From Sinosporangium siamense (lineage in GTDB: Bacteria; Actinomycetota; Actinomycetes; Streptosporangiales; Streptosporangiaceae): a DNA stretch of 64,000 bases. This document shows positions 47,901 to 58,204 of this stretch, one piece after another. The position numbers were made by a program, and so were the translations under genes. The DNA lies in contig NZ_BOOW01000056.1 of the NCBI RefSeq assembly GCF_016863435.1, forward strand, positions 16,717 to 80,716. Direction: 5' to 3'. Each line of letters opens with the position of its first letter. The stretch's first letter is position 1. A model generated the notes under the pieces. It was not told where the DNA came from, searched no databases, and saw only the letters and a program-made list of their open reading frames with translations.

Positions 47901-48047
47901 AGGTCCTGCGGGGCGGCTGGCGGCGCGGCGGCGCACCGTGGCGGCCGTCTCCGTCGTCTCGGCCTGCGCCGCGGGAATATCGGTATGAATCTGTTCTGTG
48001 TCCCCGCCGGAGCCTTCGGCCCCGGCGATGGGCTCGTTGTCGAGCAT
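44949..48047 (-). CDS. rne: Ribonuclease E (actinobacterial type with long Arg/Glu/Ala-rich disordered N- and C-terminal arms)
   Basis: Central S1 plus catalytic core (VGNVYLGKVQNVLPSMEAAFIDVGKGRNAVLYAGEV ... RDIGGIIVIDFIDM). Flanking low-complexity RRRRR/EEEE tracts. Confidence 0.9.
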   Translation of the reverse strand: MLDNEPIAGAEGSGGDTEQIHTDIPAAQAETTETAATVRRRAASRPAGPPPEETEPEAAVSAQAGPSTRSAGTSAGYVRASATRVSRSTRSTRAAGSASLDTEEAPAVPATTGNGTAASLAAGPPAAPAEADAVEAPAEEAPKRTRRRATTSTATTTARRTRAKKADTEEAVSAEETTVTTDESVAEATESPAEAAEAPASRTRSTRATRATRTTRATRAKAADPALNGTAADLTAEPAVAEDTVTESDVAEVTAAESADEAVERPTARRRTRRRTAGERSTEFEAETEADEVEELKDEPLDGELPGEDLDEDDLDLSAREEAPGRTRLFSDPFGFAAHENLVAPAPAFQPPSAVFTPLFQAPDPFMAEPPRPTREERQEPVVREPEPEVADEGDDDDFDSEGEDLAGRRRRRRRGGRGRGRARDRDEGAEDESAEDAEQHVAAEEPVAEEAEEPEADADEDAGVGSRRRRRRRRRGADDGAEPAADDPPNTVVRIRAPRVGRLSTVDEVQSVRGSTRLEAKKQRRREGRELGRRRPPIITESEFLARRESVERVMVVRRTGGRTQIAVLEDGVLVEHYVDRESSQSYVGNVYLGKVQNVLPSMEAAFIDVGKGRNAVLYAGEVNFDTAGLEGQPKRIESALKSGQSVLVQVTKDPMGHKGARLTSQISLPGRYLVYVPDGSMTGISRKLPDKERTRLKSILKKVMPENAGVIVRTAAEGASEDELSRDVARLSAQWENIQRKSKSASPPELLYSEPDLTVRVVRDVFNEDFSSLVVQGEEAWGTVEEYVSYVAPHLGDRLTRWEDDGDVFAAYRVDEQIAKALERKVWLPSGGSLVIDRTEAMTVVDVNTGKFTGQGGNLEETVTRNNLEAAEEIVRQLRLRDIGGIIVIDFIDMVLESNRDLVLRRLLECLARDRTKHQVAEVTSLGLVQMTRKRVGQGLLEAFSTACDCCNGRGLILSTEPVDGKPEPRGTQGKMAIEKAVSEKVSAATDQAGRDTVTGALGDASDEDSRAEQTSGRGRRRSRRAKSAD

Positions 48048-48156
48048 GCGGGCGCTCTCCCGTCAGCTCCCGGGCGCGTTGCCGCGCCGCGCAGGAGCCA
48101 TCGTCTCTCTCGTTATCCGCCCGCTCTCTCACGCCGAGAGTCGCGGGCGCCAAGTC

Positions 48157-48993
48157 CTATAGGTCTCCGCCGACGGCCTCGCCCACCGGCACCGCGTCGC
48201 CGCCGCGCTTCGCGTCGCGGTCAAGGTCGAACGGGTCGATGGGTTCCCCGGTGTCCGCGTCCAGCGGCCCCTGCGCCAGCCTGGTCACCTCGGGGGGCGA
48301 CGGCGGCGCGAAGTCGGCTAGAAGACGCAGACCAGTGAGAACGTCGTCGGGTCGAACGGCAGGAGTCACGTGCCGTACAACCATGCGAAGTATGACACAC
48401 GGTTGTGGTGGCGTCTGACCTGCTGCTCTCTGCTCTATTCCCTCAAACACCAGGAGCCCCAGCACCGCCTCCCGTGCGTCGAAGCGGCGCAACCCCTTTT
48501 TGGTCATGCGCTCGACCTCGACCCGATCAGCCGCAAGGAACTGCCCGACGGCATCGGAGACGGTCTCCAACAGTGTTCCGGGCAACCGCAACTCCCACGC
48601 CGACGCCTCCAGCCGGTCGGCCAGGCTGCCGTTTCGCGCCTCGACGACGTCGACGACGTCGAGGCCGGGGGGCAGCGAGGCGTCAAGAGCCTCGCGAAGG
48701 CGAGCCGGCTCGCAGGGGCGGGTCACGCCGATCTCCAGGTATTCGGCTTCGCTGGCGACACCCGTAGGCGCCGCCCCCGCGTATGAGATCTTGGGGTGGG
48801 GAGAGAAGCCCGCGCTGAACGCCACCGGGATGCCTGCCCGGCGGACCGCACGCTCGACGGCCCGGGAGATGTCACGGTGGCTGGTGAAACGCAGGCGTCC
48901 GCGCTTGGCATAACGCACACGAAGGCGCTGTGCCACAGGCGCGGGCGGGGGCCCGTCGGGAACAGGTTTCGTCAGTGCTGTTGTCCTTCCCAA
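48157..48993 (-). CDS. TIGR03936-family radical-SAM-associated protein (DUF2344)
   Basis: Conserved partner immediately downstream of the TIGR03960 radical SAM gene and upstream of rne in actinomycetes. RVRYAKRGRLRFTSHRDISRAVERAVRRAGIPVAFSAGFSPHPKISYAGAAP motif. Confidence 0.75.
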   Translation of the reverse strand: MGRTTALTKPVPDGPPPAPVAQRLRVRYAKRGRLRFTSHRDISRAVERAVRRAGIPVAFSAGFSPHPKISYAGAAPTGVASEAEYLEIGVTRPCEPARLREALDASLPPGLDVVDVVEARNGSLADRLEASAWELRLPGTLLETVSDAVGQFLAADRVEVERMTKKGLRRFDAREAVLGLLVFEGIEQRAAGQTPPQPCVILRMVVRHVTPAVRPDDVLTGLRLLADFAPPSPPEVTRLAQGPLDADTGEPIDPFDLDRDAKRGGDAVPVGEAVGGDL

Positions 48994-49262
48994 GTAGCTC
49001 GGACCCCGGCCCCCGCGGCAGGAGCGGTGCCCTGCCGCGGAATGCTTGAGATCACGCTCAAGTGTGTTGTCGTCACTCCAGGATAAGGCCGTTGCGGAGC
49101 CGACTCCCCATGGGCGACAACACTAATCTCGTTAAACCCAGGCGAATCGACATTGCCTTCGCCTGAGCCGTCTCACATGGCCGTCCCCGAAGCATGATCC
49201 GCGCCTTTGCGGCCCGCATCGGTGCGTCCGGGAAACAGATTTTCGCCGGACCGCAACGTCAC

Positions 49263-51179
49263 TCAAATAACCGTCAGGGGCAGCAACTTCTTCCCCGTGG
49301 GGCCGATCTGGATCTCCGTGCTCATCGTCGGGCACACCCCGCAGTCGTAGCAGGGGGTCCAGCGGCAGTCCTCGACCTCGGCGCCGTCGGCGTTGAGCGC
49401 GTCCTGCCAGTCCTGCCAGAGCCACTCGCGGTCGAGGCCGGCGTCGAGGTGATCCCACGGCAGGACCTCGTTCTCCTCGCGCTCACGAACGGTGAACCAG
49501 TCGACGTCGACTCCGGCGGACTCGGCGCACTTCATCCAGCGCTCGTAGGAGAAGTGCTCGCTCCAGCCGTCGAACCGGCCGCCGTCCTCCCACACCGCCT
49601 TGATCACGCGGCCGACCCTGCGGTCGCCGCGGGACAGCAGGCCCTCGACGATGGACGGCTTGCCGTCGTGATAGCGGAAACCGATGGCCCTGCCGAATTC
49701 CTTGTCGCGGCGCAGCGAATCGCGGAGCGCGCGCAGCCGGGCGTCGACCGTCTCGTGGTCGCACTGGGCGGCCCACTGGAACGGCGTGTGCGGTTTAGGG
49801 ACGAAACCACCGATCGACACCGTGCACCGGATGTCGCGCGAACCGGTCACCTCGCGGCCCGCCTTGATCACCTTCTTGGCGAGGTCGGCGATGCCGAGCA
49901 CGTCCTCGTCGGTCTCGGTGGGCAGACCGCACATGAAGTAGAGCTTCACCTGCCGCCACCCCTGGCTGTAAGCCGTGGTGACGGTGCGGATCAGGTCCTC
50001 CTCGGTGACCATCTTGTTGATGACCTTGCGCATGCGCTCCGAGCCGCCCTCGGGGGCGAAGGTCAGGCCCGAGCGCCGCCCGTTGCGGGAGAACTCGTTG
50101 GCGAGGTCGATGTTGAAGGCGTCGACCCGGGTGGAGGGCAGCGAGAGGCTGACGTTGGAGCCCTCGTAGTTGTCCGCCAGACCCTTGGCGACGTCGGCGA
50201 TCTCGGAGTGGTCGGCGCTGGACAGCGACAGCAGGCCGACCTCGTTGAAACCGGACTCCTTGATCCCGGTCTCCACCATCGCGCCGATCGTGGTGATGGA
50301 ACGCTCACGCACCGGACGGGTGATCATGCCCGCCTGGCAGAAGCGGCAGCCGCGCGTGCACCCGCGGAAGATCTCCACGCTGAACCGCTCGTGCACCGTC
50401 TCGGCGAGCGGCACCAGCGGCTTCTTCGGATAGGGCCACTCGTCCAGGTCCATGACGGTGTGCTTGTGGACGCGCCACGGCACCCCCGCGCGGTTGGGGG
50501 CGACGCGCTGGATGCGGCCGTCGGCGTGGTAGTCGACGTCATAAAACTTCGGCACATAGACGCCGCCGGACTCGGCCAGCCGCATCAGCAGCTCGTCGCG
50601 CCCGCCGGGGCACCCCTCGCCCTTCCACTCGCGGATGACCTCGGTGATGGCGATGGCGATCTGCTCGCCGTCGCCCAGCACGGCGGCGTCGAGGAAGTCG
50701 GCGACGGGCTCGGGGTTGAACGCCGCGTGGCCCCCCGCCAGCACGATCGGGTCGTCGTCGGTGCGGTCGGCCGCCTCAAGCGGGATGCCCGCGAGGCTGA
50801 GGGCGGTGAGCAGGTTGGTGTAGCCGAGCTCGGTGCTGAACGACACGCCGAGCACGTCGAAGGCCCGCACCGGGCGATGCCCGTCGACGGTGAACTGCGG
50901 CACCTTGTGCTGGCGCATCAGGGCCTCAAGGTCGGGCCAGACGGCGTAAGTGCGCTCGGCCATCGTCTCGGGCAGCTCGTTGAGGATCTCGTAGAGGATC
51001 TGCACGCCCTGGTTGGGCAGGCCCACCTCATAGGCGTCGGGATACATCAGCGCCCAGCGCACGACGGCGTCGTCCCACTCCTTGACGGTCGAGTTGAGCT
51101 CACCCCCGACATACTGGATCGGCTTTTGCACGTGGGGCAGCAGCGCTTCCAGGCGGGGAAAGACAGACTCGACAGACAT
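49263..51179 (-). CDS. TIGR03960-family B12-binding-domain radical SAM protein
   Basis: Radical SAM Cys triad region (FRGCTRGCRFCQAGMITRPVRERS). N-terminal B12-binding-like domain. Long conserved C-terminal extension. Confidence 0.85.
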   Translation of the reverse strand: MSVESVFPRLEALLPHVQKPIQYVGGELNSTVKEWDDAVVRWALMYPDAYEVGLPNQGVQILYEILNELPETMAERTYAVWPDLEALMRQHKVPQFTVDGHRPVRAFDVLGVSFSTELGYTNLLTALSLAGIPLEAADRTDDDPIVLAGGHAAFNPEPVADFLDAAVLGDGEQIAIAITEVIREWKGEGCPGGRDELLMRLAESGGVYVPKFYDVDYHADGRIQRVAPNRAGVPWRVHKHTVMDLDEWPYPKKPLVPLAETVHERFSVEIFRGCTRGCRFCQAGMITRPVRERSITTIGAMVETGIKESGFNEVGLLSLSSADHSEIADVAKGLADNYEGSNVSLSLPSTRVDAFNIDLANEFSRNGRRSGLTFAPEGGSERMRKVINKMVTEEDLIRTVTTAYSQGWRQVKLYFMCGLPTETDEDVLGIADLAKKVIKAGREVTGSRDIRCTVSIGGFVPKPHTPFQWAAQCDHETVDARLRALRDSLRRDKEFGRAIGFRYHDGKPSIVEGLLSRGDRRVGRVIKAVWEDGGRFDGWSEHFSYERWMKCAESAGVDVDWFTVREREENEVLPWDHLDAGLDREWLWQDWQDALNADGAEVEDCRWTPCYDCGVCPTMSTEIQIGPTGKKLLPLTVI

Positions 51180-51336
51180 GGCAGCTAGGCTAGCCGGTCT
51201 CACGCGCGCGGCGTCCCCGCTCCGGCCGCACCGCCGCCTTTGTCCTGCTCAGAAATCTGTGAAGGCTTGCCGGACCCGCGGGTGACACATGACATTTGCC
51301 GGTTTTGCCCGGCTCGCTGGTGGTGCCCCGTTGAAT

Positions 51337-52527
51337 TCATCGATAAGCGCGCTCATGCCGCTGATGGGTCCTGATGTGGATCGATTGCAGCAATCCCACC
51401 GCGATCATGTTGGCGAAGGTCGCGGTCCCGCCGTACGACACGAAAGGCAGGGGCAGACCGGTGATCGGCATGATGCCGATGGTCATGCCGATGTTGATGA
51501 AGCTCTGAAAGGCCAGCCAGCACACGATCGTCCCCGCCATCAGCGTGCCGAACCGGTCCTCGCAGTCGCGCGCGATGCGCACCCCGCGCAACAGCACCGC
51601 GCCGATCAGCGCCACCACGGTCACCGACCCCAGGAACCCGAACTCCTCGCCCGCCACCGTGAAGATGAAGTCGGTGTGCTGCTCGGGCACGAACCTCCCG
51701 GTCGTCTGCCCGCCCTCGAACAACCCCTTGCCGAACAACTCCCCCGACCCGATCGCGATCATCGATTGGGTGCTGTTGTAGCCGACCCCTCGCGGATCGG
51801 TCGACGGGTCCAGAAACGCGGTGAACCTCGCCACCTGGTATGGCTCCAGCAGATCGAGAAACCACACCGCCGCCGCCCCCGCCCCGGCGAGCAGCACGAG
51901 CCCGGCGATCCACCGTTTTCGCACACCCCCAACGACGAGCGCGCCGAGAAGGATCACCCCGAGCACAAGCGTCGTGCCGAGGTCGGGCTGGAGCATGACC
52001 AGGCCCATCATGATCACCGCCGCGACCAGCGCGAGCAGCACGTCGAGCGGGCGCGCCCGCTCGGTCCCCTCGACGGGCCGGGCGAACAACATGGCGAGGA
52101 TCAGCACCAGCCCGAGCTTTGCGAACTCCGAGGGCTGTACGGCGAAGCCACCGCCAAGCATGATCCACGAATGTGAGCCGTTGATCGTCGAGCCCAGCGG
52201 CGTGATCACCACGACCAGCCCGAGCACGGTCAGCAGGTAGATCAACGGCGCGTAGGCCCGCAGCCCCCGGTGATCCACCATAGCCACAAGCCCGCACAAC
52301 ACCCACCCGATGACCACGTTGAACAGGTGCTTCTTGACCAGCCCCGTGGCGCCGGGCGCCCACGTGCGGGTGGACGACCACACGAGCAGTGTGCCGATCA
52401 CCGTCAGCGCCGCGACGGCGACCAGCAACACCCCGTCGACCCGCCACACGGCCTCGGCCCGATCGGCCAGCGTGCGCCGTTTGACCAGCGCACCCCGCTC
52501 AAGCGCCCCCGCCCCCGACCGGCTCAC
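51337..52527 (-). CDS. rodA: Rod-shape-determining SEDS glycosyltransferase RodA
   Basis: FtsW/RodA motifs (QPSEFAKLGLVL, GSGELFGKG, PEQHTDFIF, LPFVSYGG). Confidence 0.9.
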   Translation of the reverse strand: MSRSGAGALERGALVKRRTLADRAEAVWRVDGVLLVAVAALTVIGTLLVWSSTRTWAPGATGLVKKHLFNVVIGWVLCGLVAMVDHRGLRAYAPLIYLLTVLGLVVVITPLGSTINGSHSWIMLGGGFAVQPSEFAKLGLVLILAMLFARPVEGTERARPLDVLLALVAAVIMMGLVMLQPDLGTTLVLGVILLGALVVGGVRKRWIAGLVLLAGAGAAAVWFLDLLEPYQVARFTAFLDPSTDPRGVGYNSTQSMIAIGSGELFGKGLFEGGQTTGRFVPEQHTDFIFTVAGEEFGFLGSVTVVALIGAVLLRGVRIARDCEDRFGTLMAGTIVCWLAFQSFINIGMTIGIMPITGLPLPFVSYGGTATFANMIAVGLLQSIHIRTHQRHERAYR

Positions 52528-52600
52528 CGCGCCACCCTCCCGTCCAGCCCGGCCGAAGGCGGGACCTCACACCGGGCCACCCGCCCACGGGCGGGGCCCC

Positions 52601-54721
52601 TCACCGAGTCACCCTGCCGTCCGGCCCGACCAGGGGCAGGACCTCGGCCGGGCGGCCCGCGGGCAGCGCCGCCTCGGCGCTCTCGGACCGCCGGTCCTCG
52701 TGATCGCCCGCGACCTTGCTCGCCCGAGGATCGGGGGTGGCCTCTTTCCGGCTGATGCCGTAGATGCCCTCGTAGATCTCCCGCACCGCGGGTGCCGCCG
52801 TCTGACCGCCCATACCGCCCTGGGACACCATGACCACCACCACGAACCGCGGTGACTCGGTCGGGGCGAAGGAGGCGAACCACGACGTGTCCTGCTTGCC
52901 GTAAACCTCGGCGGTGCCGGTCTTGCCGCCGATCCGCACCTTGTCCATCGGGAAGCCGGCGAACGCCCCAGCCGCGGTGCCGTCGGACGGCACCTCGCTC
53001 AGTGCCTTGCGGATGTAGGTGCGCTGCTCCGCCGTGATGGGCAGTTTGCCGATCACCGGGGGCACGATCTCCCTGACCTTGGTGCCGTCGGGGCGGATCA
53101 GAGCCCACGCGACGCGGGGGCTGCGGAGGTTGCCGTCACCGGCCAGCGCCGCATATGCCGAGGCGAGCTGGAGGGGGGTCACCAGCACGTCGCCCTGGCC
53201 GATGGAGAAGTTCGCCGCGTCGCCCGGCCTGAGCTGGAATCCCTCCAGGCAGTTCTCGTACGCGAGCCGTTTCAGGAAGGCACCGCGGCCCGCGTCCTTC
53301 TTCGCCACCTCTGGATAGCCGGTTTTGGCCCGCTTGCAGTTTTCGTCCTTGGTGGCGGCCCAGATGCGCTGCTTCCAGAGGCGATCGGGGATGCGGCCCG
53401 CCGACTCACCGGGCAGGTCGATGCCGCTCGGACGGCCGAAGCCGAACATCCTGGCCGTGGTCGCCATGGGCTCCTTGGTGCGCCCCTTCGGGTGCAGGCC
53501 GCCATCGCGCAGCCACTGCTCGTAGGCGGCGCGGTAGAAGATCGTGTCGCACGACTTGACGAGCGCCAAGTGCAGGGTCAGCGTGCCGAGGCCGATGCCC
53601 CGGAAGTTGTTGAAGGGCCGGTCGCCCACCATGAACGACCCCGGGCAGGAGTATTGCCCTTTGAGCGGATAACCGTCCCGCAGCATCGCCGCGACCGACG
53701 ACACCTTGAACGTCGACCCCGGCGCGAACTCCCCCTTGATGGCGCGGGAAACCAACGGCTTGCCGGACTTCTCCGACAACAACGCCTGATATTCATGCTC
53801 GGAGATGCCACCCGTCCAGATCGACGGGTTGTAACTCGGCGCGCTCGCCAGCGCGATCACCCGCCCCGTGCGCGCGTCGAGCACCACCCCCGCCGCGCCG
53901 TCGGCCTTCGGCGCGCTCTTCATGGCGCCGGCCAGGGCCTTTTCCACCACTGCCTGGACCCTCGCGTCGATGCTGGTGATCAGCGTGTGCCCGCTCACCG
54001 GGGCGACCTGCTGCTCCACCCCGATGACCTTGCCGAGCCGGTCGACCTGCACCCGCCGCACCCCCGGGGTGCCGCGCAGCTCCTCGTCGTATACGAACTC
54101 CAGGCCGTCGCGCCCCACGAGGTCCACCCCGGAGAACGTGGACTTCAGCCCATGCCGTTTGTCCAGCTCCTCCTTGGTGACCGGCTGGAGATAGCCGAGC
54201 ACCTGGGACGCCTCGTGTTTGCCCGGATATTCGCGAACCGCCTGGATCTCAGCGGTGACGCCGGGAAACTCCTCCTGGCGTTCCAGGATCTGCAGCGCCT
54301 GCCTGGTCGTGACCGTCGCGTCGATGGGGATCGCCTGGTATGGCGAGCCTGGCCAGCACGGCCTGGTCACCTTCGGCCCGCAGGCGCGCAGACGCTGCTT
54401 GAGCTCCTTGACCGGCTGCCCGAGCACCGCCGACAACTTCGCCAGCACCTGCGCACCGCCCCCCGGCGTGCGGACCAGCGCGGTCGGCGCGACCGACACC
54501 ACCAGCGCCGTGCGGTTGCGCACCAGCGGACGGCCCGCCGAGTCGAGGATCTGCCCGCGCACCGCCGGCACCATCACATCGCGCGTGCGCGTCTCGGTGG
54601 CCGCGTGCACGAACTCCGCGCCGCGCACCACCTGCACCTGCCACAACCTGACCGCCAGCACCGCCAGCATGCCGATCACCAGCACCTGCAACACCAGGAG
54701 CCTGCCCCAGGCCGGCTTCAT
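52601..54721 (-). CDS. mrdA: Penicillin-binding protein 2 (class B transpeptidase)
   Basis: N-terminal TM. Transpeptidase motifs STFK (PGSTFK), SxN, KTG(T) (GGKTGTAEV). ATGA coupling with the mreD stop. Confidence 0.9.
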   Translation of the reverse strand: MKPAWGRLLVLQVLVIGMLAVLAVRLWQVQVVRGAEFVHAATETRTRDVMVPAVRGQILDSAGRPLVRNRTALVVSVAPTALVRTPGGGAQVLAKLSAVLGQPVKELKQRLRACGPKVTRPCWPGSPYQAIPIDATVTTRQALQILERQEEFPGVTAEIQAVREYPGKHEASQVLGYLQPVTKEELDKRHGLKSTFSGVDLVGRDGLEFVYDEELRGTPGVRRVQVDRLGKVIGVEQQVAPVSGHTLITSIDARVQAVVEKALAGAMKSAPKADGAAGVVLDARTGRVIALASAPSYNPSIWTGGISEHEYQALLSEKSGKPLVSRAIKGEFAPGSTFKVSSVAAMLRDGYPLKGQYSCPGSFMVGDRPFNNFRGIGLGTLTLHLALVKSCDTIFYRAAYEQWLRDGGLHPKGRTKEPMATTARMFGFGRPSGIDLPGESAGRIPDRLWKQRIWAATKDENCKRAKTGYPEVAKKDAGRGAFLKRLAYENCLEGFQLRPGDAANFSIGQGDVLVTPLQLASAYAALAGDGNLRSPRVAWALIRPDGTKVREIVPPVIGKLPITAEQRTYIRKALSEVPSDGTAAGAFAGFPMDKVRIGGKTGTAEVYGKQDTSWFASFAPTESPRFVVVVMVSQGGMGGQTAAPAVREIYEGIYGISRKEATPDPRASKVAGDHEDRRSESAEAALPAGRPAEVLPLVGPDGRVTR

Positions 54722-55230
54722 GTCCGCCCCCGCACCGGCACGGCCGCGACACGCACCTCACGCACCGGCCTCTCCCCCAGCATGCGGCGCACACACCAGA
54801 CCACCACGGGCGCGGCGAGCAGCGTGAACACGATCGTCAGCGGCAGCGCCGTCTGCAGCGCCGCCCAGGTGGCCCGCTCGTCACCGATCAGCGCCGCCAC
54901 CCCCGCGGCGATCAGCGGCCCGGCGACCACACACGCCACGGCGACGGCCACGCCCAGCCGTGGTGACCGTTCACTCAAACGCCCCGCCATGAACCCCACC
55001 AGGCAGTAGACCAACGCATATTGCCCCGCCGGATGGATCACCGGCGGCGTCAGATCGGCCGCGAGCCCCGAGCAGAACCCGATCAACGCCCCTCTCCCGG
55101 CCCCCCGCACCATCGCCGCGGTGATAACCACCAGAAGCACCAGGTCGGGCGCCGCCCCGCCCGGCAAGGGCAACACGTTGACGACGGTGAGCTGCATCAG
55201 CATCGCCGCCGCCAGCGCCAACACGACCAC
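54718..55230 (-). CDS. mreD: Rod-shape-determining protein MreD
   Basis: Five hydrophobic helices. GTG at 55230 preceded by GGGAGAGGGGG. The track ORF extends spuriously to 55377 across the mreC end. Confidence 0.7.
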   Translation of the reverse strand: MVVLALAAAMLMQLTVVNVLPLPGGAAPDLVLLVVITAAMVRGAGRGALIGFCSGLAADLTPPVIHPAGQYALVYCLVGFMAGRLSERSPRLGVAVAVACVVAGPLIAAGVAALIGDERATWAALQTALPLTIVFTLLAAPVVVWCVRRMLGERPVREVRVAAVPVRGRT

Positions 55231-55264
55231 GGGTGACCCCCTCTCCCCACGATCGGCACAGCTG

Positions 55265-56143
55265 TCATCCTTTGCGCTCGCGCTCGGCGGGCACCGCCTC
55301 ACGCACGTCGCGCTGAGGTGCCCCCACAACCACACCGACCACATCCAGGGAGGTGAGGTCGGCATAAGGGCGGGCATATCCGGTGCGAGTGAGCTCGCCC
55401 GGCGTCGACTCCACCCGTTCGATCACCCCGATCGGCACCCCCGGGATGTACGGTGCCCCGCGCTGTGAGCCGAAGCTCACGACACGCTGGCCCGGCGCCA
55501 GCGTCGCCGTCGCGTCGAGCAGCTTGAACTTGACCAGCCGCCCGTGCTCACCCACCCCGTTGACCACACCGACCTCGTTGCCCTCCTCCAGCCGCGCCCC
55601 CGCAGCCGAGGCCGGATCGCTCAGCAGCACCACCGTCGAGGTGCCCGTCCCCGCCCGCAGGACACGTCCGACGAGCCCGTCGTCGTTGAGGACGGTCATC
55701 TCGGAGCGGACGCCGTCCCTGGTGCCCACGTCGATCTCCACCGCGTCCTCGAAACCGGGCAGCCCACGCCGGGCGACCACCTGGGCCGGCACGACCTTGT
55801 AACCCTTGGCCCTCGTCACCCCGAGCATTCGCCGCAACTCCGCCGACCGGGACTGATCAAGCCTGTTGCCCGACAACTCCGCCCGCAGCCGGGCGTTCTC
55901 CGCCTTGAGCCCGGCGATGCGCTCCTGCGCCGACGGAGCCGAGGTGAAGATCGAGAAGAACCGCCCCACCGGCCGCACCACGTCGGACACCGCGCTCTGC
56001 ACTCCCCCGATCGCCCACGCCCCCACCTCGCGGAGCGTCGCGAACGGCGACGTGCCCCGTGCGCGGTGGTCGACCGTCACGATGACCAGGGCCATGGCGA
56101 GCAGCAGCCCGAGGAACAGCCGTGCCCGGCGCGTGTCCCGCAT
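55265..56143 (-). CDS. mreC: Rod-shape-determining protein MreC
   Basis: N-terminal TM, coiled coil (IAGLKAENARLRAEL), beta-rich C-terminal domain. ATG at 56143 overlaps the mreB stop (TAATG). Confidence 0.85.
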   Translation of the reverse strand: MRDTRRARLFLGLLLAMALVIVTVDHRARGTSPFATLREVGAWAIGGVQSAVSDVVRPVGRFFSIFTSAPSAQERIAGLKAENARLRAELSGNRLDQSRSAELRRMLGVTRAKGYKVVPAQVVARRGLPGFEDAVEIDVGTRDGVRSEMTVLNDDGLVGRVLRAGTGTSTVVLLSDPASAAGARLEEGNEVGVVNGVGEHGRLVKFKLLDATATLAPGQRVVSFGSQRGAPYIPGVPIGVIERVESTPGELTRTGYARPYADLTSLDVVGVVVGAPQRDVREAVPAERERKG

Positions 56144-57174
56144 TAGTGCCGCGGTTCCGGCACCAGAACCTGCTGAAGCGCCTCGAACTCCTCGACGCAC
56201 TTGCCCGAGCCGATCGCCACCGAGTCGAGCGCGTTGTCCACCAGGTGCACGGGCATGCCGGTCTCGTTGCGCAACCGGTCGTCCATGCCTCTCAGCAGGG
56301 CACCGCCGCCGGTCAGCGCGATGCCGCGGTCCATCAGATCGCCGGCGAGCTCGGGCGGGCACTTGTCGAGCGTGGTCTTGACGGCGTCCACGATCGCGTT
56401 GACCTGCTCCTCCGTGGCCTTGCGTATCTCATGCGCGGAGATCACGATCGTCTTCGGCAGGCCGCTCACCAGATCGCGCCCGCGGATCTCCGCGTGCGCC
56501 TCCTGGCTGAGGGGGCATGCGGACCCGATGGCCATCTTGATCTCTTCGGCGGTGCGCTCGCCGAGCATCAGCGAGTATTCCTTCTTCGCGAAGGTGATCA
56601 CCGCCTTGTCGAGCTCGTCGCCGCCGATGCGGAGCGACTGGCTGGCCACCACGCCCCCCATCGAGATGATGGCCACCTCAGTGGTGCCGCCGCCGATGTC
56701 GACGACCATGTTGCCGGTCGGCTCGTGCACCGGCAGGCCCGCCCCGATGGCCGCGGCCATCGGCTCCTCCACGATGTAGACCTTGCGCGCGCCGGCCTGA
56801 TAACCGGCTTCCTTGACCGCGCGCTGCTCCACACTCGTGATCCCGCTGGGAACCGCGATGATGATGCGGGGCTTGGCAAAACGATGACGTTTATGCACGC
56901 GCTGAATGAAATATCGGAGCATGCGTTCGGTGACATCGAAATCGGCGATGACGCCGTCCTTGAGCGGACGTATGGCCACGATGTTGCCAGGCGTACGACC
57001 GATCATGCGCTTGGCCTCGATGCCCACTGCCACGATCTTGCCGGTTGTCGTGTTGATCGCCACGACGGACGGCTCGTTGAGCACGATGCCGCGCCCACGC
57101 ACATAGACCAACGTGTTGGCGGTACCGAGATCGACCGCCATGTCACGGCCGAGAAAAGCGAGCTTGCTGCCCAT
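56143..57174 (-). CDS. mreB: Actin-like rod-shape protein MreB
   Basis: [36 protein letters not shown]. Confidence 0.95.
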   Translation of the reverse strand: MGSKLAFLGRDMAVDLGTANTLVYVRGRGIVLNEPSVVAINTTTGKIVAVGIEAKRMIGRTPGNIVAIRPLKDGVIADFDVTERMLRYFIQRVHKRHRFAKPRIIIAVPSGITSVEQRAVKEAGYQAGARKVYIVEEPMAAAIGAGLPVHEPTGNMVVDIGGGTTEVAIISMGGVVASQSLRIGGDELDKAVITFAKKEYSLMLGERTAEEIKMAIGSACPLSQEAHAEIRGRDLVSGLPKTIVISAHEIRKATEEQVNAIVDAVKTTLDKCPPELAGDLMDRGIALTGGGALLRGMDDRLRNETGMPVHLVDNALDSVAIGSGKCVEEFEALQQVLVPEPRH

Positions 57175-57458
57175 GGGGAAGGAGGCCTTCCGTAACGTCG
57201 TTAGCGAATGATTACGGATCGCATCCGAATCGTAACGTGACGTACCCACCGTCGAGCGGGCTGAGCCCTCCCTGTTGGGGAAAAACTTGTCGTCTCTGCC
57301 CTCAACTCCTGTTTGCCCGGAATGCGGAGAGCCCCGTCATTCAGTCACGACGGGGCCCAACATGCCAGACACCACACCGGGCAATCCCCATCATTTACCG
57401 CCCGCAGAGCCTCAGAAAGGTCAAACGTGCGGCCGAGGAAGCCTTACCCGGGATTGAA

Positions 57459-57869
57459 CTAGAAGCGGTCCGGGAAGAAGATCTTGATCTCGCGGGCGGC
57501 GGACTCGGGCGAGTCGGAACCGTGCACGACGTTCTCCCCGATCTGCAGAGCATGGTCGCCGCGGATCGTGCCCGGCGTCGCCTTCACGGGGTCCGTCGCC
57601 CCGGCCAGCGTCCGGAACGCCTCGATCGCCCGGTGCCCCTCCAGCACCATGGCCACGAGCGGGCCGGAGGTGATGAAGTCGACCAGCTCCCCGAAGAACG
57701 GCTTCTCGGCGTGCTCGGCGTAGTGCGCCTTGGCCGTGTCGGCGTCCAGCGTGCGCAGCTCCATGGCCACGATCGTGAGGCCCTTGCGCTCGACCCGGGC
57801 GAGAACGTCGCCGACGAGCCCGCGCTTCACACCATCGGGCTTGACCAGGACGAGAGTGCGCTCAGACAC
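57459..57869 (-). CDS. ndk: Nucleoside diphosphate kinase
   Basis: [18 protein letters not shown]...NVVHGSDS (catalytic His). GTG start with GGAGA Shine-Dalgarno. Confidence 0.9.
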   Translation of the reverse strand: MSERTLVLVKPDGVKRGLVGDVLARVERKGLTIVAMELRTLDADTAKAHYAEHAEKPFFGELVDFITSGPLVAMVLEGHRAIEAFRTLAGATDPVKATPGTIRGDHALQIGENVVHGSDSPESAAREIKIFFPDRF

Positions 57870-58204
57870 CAGGGGTTCTCCTTTGAACAAGACTGACCCG
57901 CGGAATGCGGTAAGTGGTCGCGCGAAGTTTACCGCCCCCCGCACGGTCCCCTGGGCGATCGCACACCCCCGCTGTGCCGTACGGCGGAAGCCACACGATG
58001 ACATGCACACTCCGCCATTCCGGCCGGCCCCCCGGCCGACCTCACACCCCGCACCGCCGTACGGCGGAAGCCACACGGTCACGTGGGCCCCCGCCGTATT
58101 GGCCGGGTCTCCCCTGGCGATCTCACACCCCGCGGTGCCGTACGGCGGAAGCCACTTGATGACGTGACCTGCGACGGGCGGCGCCGGAGAGGTGTGGGAC
58201 GCCG

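Noticed and set aside
45288-48338. 1016-aa plus-strand ORF antisense to rne, plus other long ORFs (46354..47820, 47411..48418)
   Set aside because: Antisense or off-frame of the Arg/Glu-rich RNase E arms. No motifs.
52524-53108. 194-aa minus-strand ORF overlapping the PBP2 gene 3' end
   Set aside because: Alternative frame of mrdA with Arg/Gly-rich nonsense. PBP2 motifs are in the 52601..54721 frame.
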